This document shows positions 48,817 to 59,892 of a stretch of DNA of 64,000 nucleotides, piece after piece. The DNA is from Amoebophrya sp. A120 (Eukaryota; Protista; Dinoflagellata). Numbering within the stretch: position 1 is the stretch's first letter; each line of letters opens with the position of its first letter. The DNA lies in contig CAJINV010000001.1 in assembly GCA_905178155.1 (NCBI GenBank), forward strand, positions 4,078,421-4,142,420, read 5' to 3'. The notes beneath the pieces were generated by a model. The model saw only the letters and a list, made by a program, of their open reading frames with translations, did not search any database and had not been told where the DNA came from. Position numbers and translations under genes: made by a program.

Positions 48817-51200
48817 AAGCCGATAGAAAGCTGCGCCGCACTTTAGTACCAAGTGGCACTGGTGCGCTTCTTGTATATGTTCAGCGACGACTTCTGTGTT
48901 CGAGTCACTAGCAAGGAGCGTCATCATCTTTCCATTCCTGCTCTCGCACTACCTGAAACTCCTTTTGAATTTGCACCCATACCACGACGCATGGCAACTT
49001 CGCTTGGGTCGAGTCAAGAGAAACATGGATCCGAATTTTCATCTTGTTGTTTATGTTTTATATTTTCTTTCTTGTTCGGGTCCAGAAAAAAAAAATAAAA
49101 TATCACGCAAGGAGAAAAGTCAAAGCTGTTAAGGAGAAAAGTCCTGCCAAGGAGAAAAGTCCAGCCAAAAGAAAAAAGTCCGAGCGTGCAACAGCTCGCG
49201 CGGTGTGGGGACTGGTCCCGCTCTTTTTCGTGAGAAGTGGCATCGGAGAAAGTCACCGTGACAAATTTCGCCCCTAGCGTTCAAACTTTCTGTAGCGTGT
49301 CCCAACCTCCGCACTTGTTAGTCGGGATGATTATGTTGGGGGCGCACGAAGTAGGGCAGTTTTTGCGCCCCCGCACCAGTGCAAGGGTTTCCAACCAGGT
49401 ATGAAAGTAATGGCGCACGGGTGCGCGTTTCGTCGATTTCTTGCGACGATACTTTTCAGGCCGCAGGATGTTTGGATCTATTTTCACCAAGAATCTGCGC
49501 GATTCATCGGCCCCCTTCTCAATTCCGAGAAGGGGGCGGATGGCGGATTCTGGCTGACGTTGCTCCCGGTCCCGCATCCCGAAGTCAAGGGGCTGGCTAT
49601 CGGAAGCTTTGCTCGGAATGAAGATAGGCCTGGTGGTGGGTTTTGCGTTGTGTTTGGTTTTGCGCTTTTGCACCGACGCGGGCGGCGATGCCTCGTTGAA
49701 GTAAGAAAGGCGCAAACCCAGACCCGGCGCCCGCAAAAAGCGGAAGCCAGGGAGGGCCGCGAAAAAAATCTCCGCGCGCGCTGCGCGCGCGGAGAGAAGT
49801 TCTTGCAGCCGAGCCGCAGGCCGTGCGGGCTTCGAAATGAGCGAAGGGGGTTCGGCAAACTCAACTCCCCGAATTTGCCACGCGCGCAGCGCCTTCCTTG
49901 TGGGGTAACTTCTTCTCCGTGCGGCGCACGCGCGGCCCGGCCCCTCCCATTCATATGGAACGCCTAAAATTTTTCTCGCGCGCTGCGCGCGCTGGCTGCC
50001 CGTCCCCTCTTTGTTTCTCTTGGCCCGTTTTTTGCTCACGCGGGGGCCTCCTTGCTGCAGGGGACGACAAAAAAGTTGTCGCGCGCAACGCACACAGCCT
50101 TGGGCTTCCTTCTTTGGGGGGCAAGCCCGTGCAGAATCCGCTTTGCGCAAGCGGCCTTTGATGTCCGTGCTTGTGTGGTTGGAGGGCGCCTGGTATTTTT
50201 TCCGCGTACCAGGCACGCAGCCTAGCCTCGTCGCCTTGGGGGGGGGAGGGTCTGAAAGATCTCTTTCGCACACCGTGCACGCGGAAGCGCACCGAGCTGG
50301 CGCAATTTCCCCGGTGCGTCTATTTTCTCTGCGTGTGGGGGGAGCCTGCTCTGATTTGCTGCTAGCCCGGCGGAGATGGGGCAGCATGGCGTGCGCGCGG
50401 TGGTGCTGACTCTGCTTGCGCGGCACGGCAAAGGCGACGCGCGCGCGGCCCGGAATTTTCTCCGGACCCGCGGCCCTGTTCCCAAAACCGCAAAAAAAAA
50501 CTTCTTCGCGCGCTGCCGCGCGCGCGTGCGAATTCCATTGGCCCGCTTGCCTGCGCCGCCGGCGAAGGCCACAAGCCGTACGCCCCCCCTGCTGTCCTAG
50601 GCCGTGTGGGCGTTGCTGAGCGATTTCGTTGTGGGGCCTTTGCCGGGCTGCAGCGCGTGGCACATGGGGTACCGGCTACCCGAGGGAGGCGCCGTGTGTT
50701 GCCCTAGGGTGGTACTGGGGGCGTGCCGCGAGTCCTTGGCGCGGCGCTTTTTTTTCGCTTTCTTACTGTCTTTTTTCCCGCAGTGCTGTGTTTAGCATAG
50801 TGTATTCTGGCTAAGGATACCCTGGGAACAGCTCACGCGGTGCCAACATAAGTCCCAGGCTGGCTGTGGAGGTGTTTTTGGTCTCGCGCAGAGAATGGCT
50901 TGGTGCAGGACGCTGGGCGTTTTTCCCGTCGCGCAGTGTTTAGCATAGGGTATTCTGGCTACCCTGGGCGCGGCTTGCCCAGGATAGGTGCGGGTCTGTA
51001 GGTCGATTTTTGCCTCTGAATGTAGCGGGAGGTCGCTGAGTGTAGCGTAGGGAGAGGCCCCGTAGCAGGGGCCTGTGCCCGGAGACCGTTTTTTTTGTGC
51101 CCTGAACGCATTCGCCCCTCGTTTTCTCTTTAAGAAGTCCGTTTTCCCATCATCTTCTTCACGATGTCGGGGCTTCTCGAGATTTCCTTCAGAAGGGGAC

Positions 51201-51436
51201 ATTTGGGAAATCCTTTCTCCTGGGCTTTTCGCATGATTTCCTTTGGGAAATCCCTTCTCCTGGGCTTTCCGCATGATTTCCTTTGGGAAATCCCTTCTCC
51301 TGGGCTTTCCGCGTGATTTCCTTTGGGAAATCCCTTCTCCTGGGTTTTCCGCGTGATTTCCTTTGGGAAATGCCTTCTCCTGGGCTTTCCGCATAATTTC
51401 TTTTAGGAAATCGCTCGCCCCTGGGCTTTCCGCGTT
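51201..51436 (+). repeat. 40-bp tandem repeat, ~6 copies
   Basis: Unit CTTTGGGAAATCCCTTCTCCTGGGCTTTCCGCRTGATTTC. Confidence 0.9.
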
Positions 51437-51757
51437 ATAGGAAATCTCTTCCTTAGGAGCCGGCCGCTGATCTCCGCGTCAACACGTACTGGAAGCAAGC
51501 TCCTTCTGATCTCCACTGCGAAACAGAGCGGAGACGAGCTCGGTGGCTAGGGTCTGGGTGGGATAGGGCCTGTCATAAGTATCGCGGTTTCTCCTTTGAT
51601 ATGGATCAGAGGGTCCGCGATGTCGGACTTTTCTCCTTTGATATGGATCAGACGACTTTTCTCCTTTGATATGGATCAAAGGAGAAAAGTCCGGACTTTT
51701 CTCCTTGCAAAGGAGAAAAGTCCGCTGGATTGATACCAGAGCGAGCAGCTCCTGGTC

Positions 51758-51922
51758 CAAATCCTTCTGTTTTTGCTTCAAATCTTTCCGTTTTAGCATC
51801 AAATCCTTCTGCTTTGGCATCAAATCCTTCTGCTTTAGCATCAAATCCTTCTGCTTTAGCATCAATTCCTTCTGTTTTAGCGTCAATTCCTTCTGTTTTA
51901 GCATCAATTCCTTCTGTTTTTG
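51758..51922 (+). repeat. 21-bp tandem repeat, ~8 copies
   Basis: Unit CAAWTCCTTCTGYTTTAGCAT. The minus strand reads (KQKD/ELML)n. Confidence 0.9.
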
Positions 51923-52257
51923 CTTTTTTCTAAATATCACACATGTTGTGATATCAGCAGCGCAATCGACTTTTCTCCTTTGGTCCTGTGATATCACGTG
52001 ATATCACGTGATATCAAAGGAGAAAAGTCTTTTTTCAAAGTTTAAAGACCCTTGTTCCGACAGTTCGTCCGAGCATCCATTATTTAAGTTGTGATAAGCC
52101 AGCATGTTTTATTTTGGTAGGACGAAAACGGCTCCCGCTCCTTTGCCTACTTAGCGATGAAGAGTACGCGATCGCGAACTGACTGAAATATACATGTAGA
52201 TGTTAGCACCGCCGCACAAAAACAAAAAGCATAGAAAGAAGCAAGAAAAAAAACAGC

Positions 52258-54003
52258 ATGACGGTAAACGCCAACTCGGACAGCTCTGCGCCCTCCTCGG
52301 CGCGCACGTTTGGTGTTTCAGAGGCTGGTGGGGATGGCCATGGCCAAGGACAAGAAGCACCTACCTCATCTGGTCCGAGCACGACAACCACAACGAATTC
52401 GAAAGCGAAGAGGACTTCAACCGGGCCACCTGTCTTGCCGAAGCCAAACGCGGGAGTAGTTCTTTCCTCCGCGTCCTCAGCTCCCTCTGCAAATGTCCAT
52501 CAAGATAAACGCTACCCGAACGAGGACTTTGCAAATTCGCGAGCTGACGGCACTACTAGCGAATCACTGCCCTCGAGTAAGAAGATGATGGTGTCATCTA
52601 TTCCCGCGCAAGACTACCTTTCGTGGGATGAGTATTTTATGTATACCGCAATGCTCTCCGCCGGCCGCGCAAAGGATCCGAGCACGCAGGTCGGCGCTTG
52701 TATCGTGAACGAAGACAACCGCATCATCGGGATTGGTTACAACGGGTTTCCGCGGATCTCCCCACCACCGTTCTCCCAATTCTGCAGGGAGTTGGTCTCT
52801 TGCTTGCTCGTCAAAGTGCAGGACAAGCTCGACGCACGGAGGACGAAGAATAGTGCAGCGGACCAGGCAGCAAAGGTCGAGGAGGAGCGCAAGAAAATTA
52901 TCGAAAAGTCGGCTTTGAAGAAAAACGTGGAACAATCAGCAGGAACAAGAGAATCATCTTCACCAAGTGAAGTAGACAAGGACCTTGCCTGCACGCCGGT
53001 TGACGACGAGGTAGATGGTGGCAGAAAAGATGAAAACGACGACCAAAAGCCGCTGCGAGACCCGTACTCGCGGATGCTGTTCGCGTGCTACTGCTGCTTG
53101 GAAGCGGGTGCGGGCGCCTTTTCCTTCACCGTCGACGCGGACGCGACCGCTAGCACACCTGGTGATTTGCAGCGTGTGTGGTCGCGTTATTGGGGCGTGA
53201 ATGACGCGGCTTTTCCCTGGGCGCGGGAGGCGGCGAAGGCCTCCGATACCAAGTATCCGTACGTGATGCACGCCGAGGCAAATGCTATTTTGAATAAAAC
53301 CGTGCCGATCATTCCCGACCGGTCCAGTGACCGAACGTTGGTAAAAACAAATCAGCAAAACCAACAAGATGAAATCAAGCCTACCACCCGAATCTACACG
53401 AGCCTTTTCCCCTGCAATGAGTGCGCCAAATTGGTGATTCAGGCCGGGATTCGCGAGGTCGTGTACTTGTCCGACAAGCACGGAGCCACGGACAGTGCCA
53501 AGGCCGCGAAAAAGTTGTTCCAACTGGCGGGGGTGCGGTGCCGCGAATTTATCCCAGAATTTTTGCGCGACAAGACACACAACTCCAAGTGGTTCTTCCG
53601 GGGCGGCAGCCCGTTAGTCGCGGAAGGAGGAGGAGCAGGAGCGGGAAAATGTGTATCACTGGAAGAGCAAGAACGAGAAAGACGGGAAAGAGGCATAGCC
53701 GCGTGTGATCCGCTAGAGGAGTGTAAAAAGGCAATCGATCGGTGGAAGACGGTGTGTCCGATCACCGGACGGGGGATCGCGATGACAGAGCGAGCACGAA
53801 CTTCTGGAGGCCGCGTAGGAAGCATTGGCAAAGATGAGATGAAAGTAGATTATCCAACAGAAATAGACGAACAAGATCGATCCATTTTGATGCCTTGGTG
53901 GAGACACAGCACAGCTTTGCTCTTCCTGACAGGGCTGAGCCTTGGAGCATTGTTGGCTGTATCCTCGGATAATCGGCAACATCGGACACAATATCTTCAA
54001 TAA
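52258..54003 (+). CDS. DCTD: dCMP deaminase with a large internal insertion and a C-terminal hydrophobic tail
   Basis: WDEYFM..RAKDPSTQVGACIV..IGYNGFPR, KYPYVMHAEANAILN, LFPCNECAKLVIQAGIREVVY. Confidence 0.9.
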   Translation: MTVNANSDSSAPSSARTFGVSEAGGDGHGQGQEAPTSSGPSTTTTTNSKAKRTSTGPPVLPKPNAGVVLSSASSAPSANVHQDKRYPNEDFANSRADGTTSESLPSSKKMMVSSIPAQDYLSWDEYFMYTAMLSAGRAKDPSTQVGACIVNEDNRIIGIGYNGFPRISPPPFSQFCRELVSCLLVKVQDKLDARRTKNSAADQAAKVEEERKKIIEKSALKKNVEQSAGTRESSSPSEVDKDLACTPVDDEVDGGRKDENDDQKPLRDPYSRMLFACYCCLEAGAGAFSFTVDADATASTPGDLQRVWSRYWGVNDAAFPWAREAAKASDTKYPYVMHAEANAILNKTVPIIPDRSSDRTLVKTNQQNQQDEIKPTTRIYTSLFPCNECAKLVIQAGIREVVYLSDKHGATDSAKAAKKLFQLAGVRCREFIPEFLRDKTHNSKWFFRGGSPLVAEGGGAGAGKCVSLEEQERERRERGIAACDPLEECKKAIDRWKTVCPITGRGIAMTERARTSGGRVGSIGKDEMKVDYPTEIDEQDRSILMPWWRHSTALLFLTGLSLGALLAVSSDNRQHRTQYLQ

Positions 54004-54759
54004 TTATAAATCATCGTCGTGACATCAAAGTAGCATCGGGGCCTCGTCAGGGGGCTCCATAAAAAATGCAACATAATTCATCTAGTCATCTCGTTGTTCT
54101 TGTTGCCTTCTTGTTGCTAATGGCAATGCGTAATCGAGATTGGACAAGGTACTTAAGCCTAAAGATTAAGATGAAACAAATGCAAGCCCGCCATCCTAAA
54201 GATGAAACAGCAAAATGCAACGCGGCTATCCTGAGGGCGGCTAATGTTTTGTTCAAGCTGTTGAGGTTGACGAAAAAGAAGCTCTTCGAGTTGATGTGAT
54301 GTTCGTGGGCGGTCGAAGAGCAGGAGGAGGCTCAGCCTCAAAATCATCTAGTAGAAAGGGTTTGAATAAAAAAAGAAAAATGCTTGTTTTTATTCCTTCT
54401 TCAGCAGCTACAGACTTCAAGTTTTTCGCTCCTACCAGCAGTTCTTTTTTCTAAGGCACGAGCCAAAGCTGCTCTGCCACGTAGTAGCTTTTTATTGAAA
54501 TAGCGCTAGCCAACATGTGAGAAGAAAGCTCTACTTTCAAACGGTACCACATGACCATCATCAACAAACAAACAAACAATAAAAAATAACTTTAGCTTGA
54601 CCTTAACTATTGAGTTTTTTTCGGGTATTGCGCTCTCCGCGCGCAGTGAAAAAAAATGCTCGGGCGAGCGATCGGTCGACGCACATCGATCGTCGGCCCC
54701 GCTGTACCAACGCGAGGAGGTGCTTCGAACCGAGACACCGCCACCATTCCCAACTTGCC

Positions 54760-55945
54760 CGCTTCAGGTTCGGGGTCGTGCTGTGTAAATGTAGTTGTCG
54801 TTGTCCATGTCCTGGCTAGCGGGGCATATATTATAGTAAATTTCCTGTACACGTACAAAGTGCCCGCTTTTCTTCTAATTAGAAAACGACGCAAAAAGAT
54901 TGCAATGCAAAAAATTTGAAACCATGCATGACGATACGCACACAAAGGCACGCACCACGTACAACAGCCGGGGCGGCAGTAAAGGCCCTATGCTGTTGCT
55001 GGTGGTGCCTGTAGCCATATTAGCTAGCTAGAGGCTTTGCCGGGTTCCGCGCTAGATCCATGTACTCACCACCACGGGCCGCATTTCCGTGCGGTGTTGT
55101 GTGTTTTCCCTAAAGAAGGCGATCGCGCTCGAACAGCCAAGCCCGATGCTGTCGGCACGATTACAGCACAGCACAACACTCCCCACCTTCAGGCCCATGC
55201 TTTTCCCCTCTTCGTCTTTCCGGGCGTTAAAAGCGAAACCACGCGTCGCAAATCCATCGAGGGCGTCTGAGTCATCAGGGGCCTCCGGCTTCAGAGCGGT
55301 CTGTTGCCTCTCGTACGGCCTGGCCCGTAAATGTTTCAAAGCCGTGGCCGCTACTGGGCCGCTTGTCTTCGTCCAGATTGCTGCTTCCATGCCCCCGCGC
55401 CACCTGGTTGCGACATGCGGCAAGAGAGATGGGCCTACGGCGTTGTGTTTTCAAATGAGGGCTGGGTGGTTGGAGAGGGATGGTTGGAGAGGGTTGGTCG
55501 GAGAGGGGTGGTTGGAGAGGGCTGGCAGATATAAGTATTTTTTTCGAGCTTTTGACAGCATTGCATTCAAACGACGTCGAAATCACACACGTGATTTGTG
55601 TACCGTCAACGCAAGAAACACACACGCAAGAAAATGTCGCGGCTTTTTCTCGTTGGCGACGATCTCCGTGTCGGAGATCTCGCCACGCGGGTTGTCAAGC
55701 TGATCGGCCCAGGCGAGAAAGCGCCTCCGTGTGTGAACGCTGCAAAAGGCCAAAACTAGCCAGCTTATCGAGTTGGAAACTAGGGGGCCCAGGTTGCCCA
55801 AATGCATTACCATTAGCGGCTGCTTTCACAAGGTCGAGAACCAAAACAAATACAGCCGCCTATTGAGTAGTCTCTCACCCAAAACACAACCGCTTCAGGT
55901 TCGGGATCGTGCTGTGTAAATGTAATTGTCCTGGCTAGCGGAGCC
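54760..55945 (+). repeat. Dispersed ~55-65 bp direct repeat (54760-54826 and 55890-55945)
   Basis: CGCTTCAGGTTCGGGRTCGTGCTGTGTAAATGTARTTGTC...CTGGCTAGCGG occurs twice. Confidence 0.8.
55464..55524 (+). repeat. G-rich 14-bp tandem repeat x4
   Basis: TGGTTGGAGAGGGN units. Confidence 0.8.
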
Positions 55946-58015
55946 TCGTACCTGCTACCCAGCGCCGGAGTGCGGGGTGAATTAGTGGAGCGCTCGCATG
56001 CCGAAGATGTCGGGCAGAAAGGAAGGAAGGAAGGGCGCAACTTGTGGTCGCTGACAGGTACACTCCATAACTTTTGCTCCTAAGCTTGCGAGGTTTTCAG
56101 AATGTGCAACTTTCTGGCTTTTGCTGTGTCGCGAAGATCGCCGGTGTTGTCTATGTGATTGCATCTCACCACCCATACGCTGCATCATACAAAAAATAAA
56201 CTAAAAACAGCGGGATCTCCGTGCGTATGGACGATGCCGGGCTGGAAAGTTCGGCGTTTTCGGACGTTGTGCCCGAAGAGGTGTTCACGGAGACCAAAAT
56301 GAAGGACTCCCATGTGCGGAGCAAGATTGATGATGATCTCCTTCTCGATCCTCGGTCCGGTAACTATAAGAGGTTCAACTGTTGACTTTAAAAACGGCTC
56401 TCGAAGAACTTTTCTCAAATAGCTACAAAACAATGCAAAGCAGTATGCATTTTGAATTAGCTACTTCAGCGGTTTATCTTTATGTAGGTAAGCTAGCTAG
56501 GCCTAGGTCTTTTCTCCTCTAGCTTACCTACATAAACCGCTGAGCTAGCTAGTGAAACAGAGCCAGTTTTTGTATGCGAAGCAGCTCTTTGAGAAAAATT
56601 CGAAAACCTTTTTAACGTCAACAGCTGACCCTCTTATAGTTGAACGCTTGACATAGTTAGCGGCGCAGCAAACCCACACGAACTCCTTGACGAGAGACGA
56701 GATATTTCCGGAAATCAACTGAAGGGCCACGTCGTGAACAAACACCCCCACCAGGTTGTCCATCTTGTCGGTACACAGTTGGGAAAAATGGGCATGCGTT
56801 ACATCCCGGAACAGAAGGTGGACCTTCTCTTGGAAGATATCCGCGAGGGCAAGGACGTTTACGGCTGGGTGCGACCAGCGATCGAACATGCCTGCAAAAA
56901 CCACACAATCAAAAAACGAGTAGTTGTGGTACACGGTCATGGTCACGGCGGACAAGTAGGAATGTTAGATGCAACGTAAGACTATGAAAAAGTGAAAGAC
57001 GGGAAGATTGAGATTCACTTTACGCCCTTCGCTTTTTCAATCAGGGGCAATACATACGAACTCCATTACACGACCACGGATGATCATTTTAAGCTTGTGC
57101 TTGTCGATTCAAATTAAAGAAATATAAAATCTGTGATGATGTATCAGAAGCGACAATCTATAGACTATATCGCTTTGCAGCTCTTTACCTCACCCCCGAC
57201 CTCACCACCTCTTTATCTACATAGGATAGATCAGAATCAAAGGCAAATAGAGAAGAGAAACAAGGCGAAATGGATCGGAATGGGCTGCGAGCCTTTGGCT
57301 TTGGCACCGTACCTTGACACATGAAGTGGAAACAACAAAAAATTTCAGTATAGGACAAAAAGAAAACAGAAAGAAAAAACAAATTAAAATCGAAGAAGAT
57401 CCACCGTGTGGCCTGTAATCTGTAATTCATAGATACGTACTTATCTATCAGCGTCACCTGTGAGCAGCAGTCTAAAGCGAAAAGTCGTGATCCAAATCGA
57501 TCATATCGCAGCAGGCAGGATCTGGCCTAAGTCAAATGCTCTGCAGGGAGATCCTCTTAGAGATGTATTTAGATGTGAGAGAGCACTCTTGTCTTGCTGT
57601 TGCTCCTTGATGCAGATGCAGATCATACACACCTAAATGAAAATGGATGAAAATCTTCTCGATCCCGTGGCGAAACTACTTAAGTACTTCTAGGGTTTTA
57701 CAAGGACACAAGGACAAAAAAGCTCATGGTATTAATATTGATGAAAACACAAAATTCATCACAGTGGCTAAGCATTGCATTACACGTCTATTTTTTTTTT
57801 CTTCACGTTCACCACGACCACTGAATTTGGCACTACTAAATCCGTGCGGTTTGTTTGTTTGTTTGTTTCGCCTTGCTTTTAGCTTTACCTTGATCTATCT
57901 TTAAGAGGTGGGACCACATAGAGTAGTACAAGTACTTGCTACCACCGGTTCAATATACTCACTCCATAGTACACAGCCAAGAGTACTATCCCACGACCCT
58001 AATTGCAATACCAAA

Positions 58016-59892
58016 ATGGCCGCGCAAGACATGATCTCCGCTGAGAATCAGCAGCCCACAGCGGAAGTTGTGGTGCAGCTGACCACAAAATTGAAGGACG
58101 AAAGCCTCCACGTGCCCGAAGAGCCCATCGTTGTCCCCGCGAACCTCGGTCGCTACAAGCTGTCCGAGCTGGTGAACCAGCTACTTGGTCGCGACAAGCC
58201 GGTTCCCTTCGATTTTCTGGTGACCACGAAGAAAGCAGTGGCCCCGCTGTTGAAGGAGAGCGGTAGCAATGAACAACAAGCTGCAGAAATCCAAAGCAAG
58301 ACCGATGGTAAGCCAGCGGAGCAGGTCTTTCTGCGCCAAACGCTGCAGCACTTGCAGATCGAGTATGGGATTTCCTCCGAAAAAACGTTGGAAGTCGAGT
58401 ACGTGCTTGCGCTCCCGCCGATGCAAACCAACGAGTCTGTATGCATTGCAAAACTATCGTACTAGTATAAATTGCATTACAAATTTTCCCAAGAACAAAA
58501 ATGCAATTTGTCATGCTATTTCAGGTAGAAAGTTGGAGTTGTCATGCATATCTGCAATTAGTACGAGTGCGATACTTTTGCACAGGATAGTCTGAGGCCA
58601 GCGACGACTGGATAAGTTGCGTGCGGTACTGCGAAAAAAACAACCTCTGCGTCGTCTCCAGCTACGACGGAAGTTTGAAGGTATTTGACCTTCTGGACAA
58701 CGGATCTACATCCGGTGCTGCGGAAAAAGACGGAGAAAACAAACAGGAGCAATCTTTGCAGCAAGTGTTTTCCGAGAGAATTTCTGAGGCGGGCATCACT
58801 TCTGTGGAGGTGATTGAAGAGGAGCAAAACGCGGTGAAAATCGTGCTCGCAGACAAGGATGGCGTAGTGTATTTCGGACGCGTTTGTGTGGAAAAAGAAC
58901 AGGGCTCAACGAAAACAAGCAAAAACAAGACCTCTAGTACTTCCTCCTCAAATCCACTTTCTGAAAGAAAAGCAACTTTCGCGTTAATCTCCCGCTCGGA
59001 GGACGTTGTTGAAACCTCCCCCTGCGCCTACGAAAAAGCGGTAGAGTGCATTGCGGTTTCCGGGAAGAAGCAGCTTGTCGCCACGGGTGGCTGGGATTGG
59101 AGCCAAGGCGTGAAAATCTGGAACGTGCAGGAAGTTTTCGAGCCAAAAACTAACGCAACAACATCGGCCTCGCTGAAGCGGAAAAATGATAACGGGAACC
59201 AGAATGAGAACAGCGGAACAGCAACAGCCTCTTTTGCGGCCAAACCGGAGTTCACGGTGCAGACGAAAAATTTGAAGAACCGCGTGACGGGGCTAGTTTT
59301 CCTCGACGAGTGCAGCCTGCTGATTTCCTCCCTCGATGCCACGGTGTGCGTCGTCGATCTCGTTGCCAACACGGTCCTCGGCTCCGTGCTCCACACGGGT
59401 CTGGCCGTGCTGCAGGTGGATTACTCGAAAGAGGCCAACATCCTCGCGTGCGCGCACGAAAGCGGACGGATCAGTTTCTGGACGAAAAAGGTGAACAAGC
59501 AGGGATCATGTGGTGCACCAGCTACTGCGAACGACTTCAGCTTTGAAATGCTGGAGAATTTCCCGATGAACACCAAGTACCACAACGGCGCGATCAGCAG
59601 CATGCGGTTTCACGGACCGCACAAACTGCTGTCGGCCGGTCTCGACGGCGTCATTCGCGTCAACGATCCTCGCAGTAAAACCGCCCTGCAAACCATCAAG
59701 GTCGCGGAGGAGGCCGCCGCGCAGGTGAAGAAAGCAGTCAAGCCGTTTCCGTTGAAGATTACGTCCGTAAGGGCCTGCAGCTCCGCGGTGGGCGACGATG
59801 AAAAGGGGATCCGACTACTCAGTGGCGCGAGCGACGGGAAAGTCCGCTTGCATTTCCCCATGACGGGTAACAGTGCCGCGGACGAGGAGTAG
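58016..59892 (+). CDS. WDR12: Ribosome biogenesis protein WDR12/YTM1 (NLE domain + WD40 repeats)
   Basis: NLE domain VPEEPIVVPANLGRYKLSELVNQLL..PVPFDFLV..SSEKTLEVEYV, then DDWISCV and WD40 repeats. Exons 58016-58439 and 58595-59892. Confidence 0.88.
58440..58589. mobile_element. TIR introner element (family A), non-canonical intron
   Basis: TATGCATTGCAAAACTATCG...CGATACTTTTGCACAGGATA. TSD GTCTG at 58435-58439 and 58590-58594. Excision gives TNES|EASDDWIS. Confidence 0.93.

Larger units (their letters stand above)
49078..52051. mobile_element. 2974-bp putative non-autonomous DNA transposon with subterminal AGGAGAAAAGT arrays
   Basis: Ends GGGTC...GACCC, flanked by TTGTTC at 49072-49077 and 52052-52057. 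AAGGAGAAAAGTC repeats at 49109-49180 and, in both orientations, at 51585-52030. GC-rich interior. Confidence 0.65.

Noticed and set aside
49281-50663. 460-aa minus-strand ORF as a transposase
   Set aside because: Compositionally biased with no DDE, HUH, RT or zinc-finger motif recognised.
51201-51436. CRISPR-like array
   Set aside because: Head-to-tail 40-bp repeats with no unique spacers, no cas genes and a eukaryotic context.
52756-53193. Intein in dCMP deaminase
   Set aside because: No N-terminal Cys/Ser with C-terminal His-Asn followed by Cys/Ser/Thr.
55009-55025. Relic dinoflagellate spliced leader (CTGTAGCCATATTAGCT); also CCGTAGCC near 6336
   Set aside because: Only short partial matches to CCGTAGCCATTTTGGCTCAAG, and the diagnostic 3' end is missing.
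6601-59892. Stop-codon reassignment as the explanation for broken ORFs
   Set aside because: Internal stops in the gene models fall within introns or elements, and conserved genes end at TAG, TGA or TAA at expected positions.
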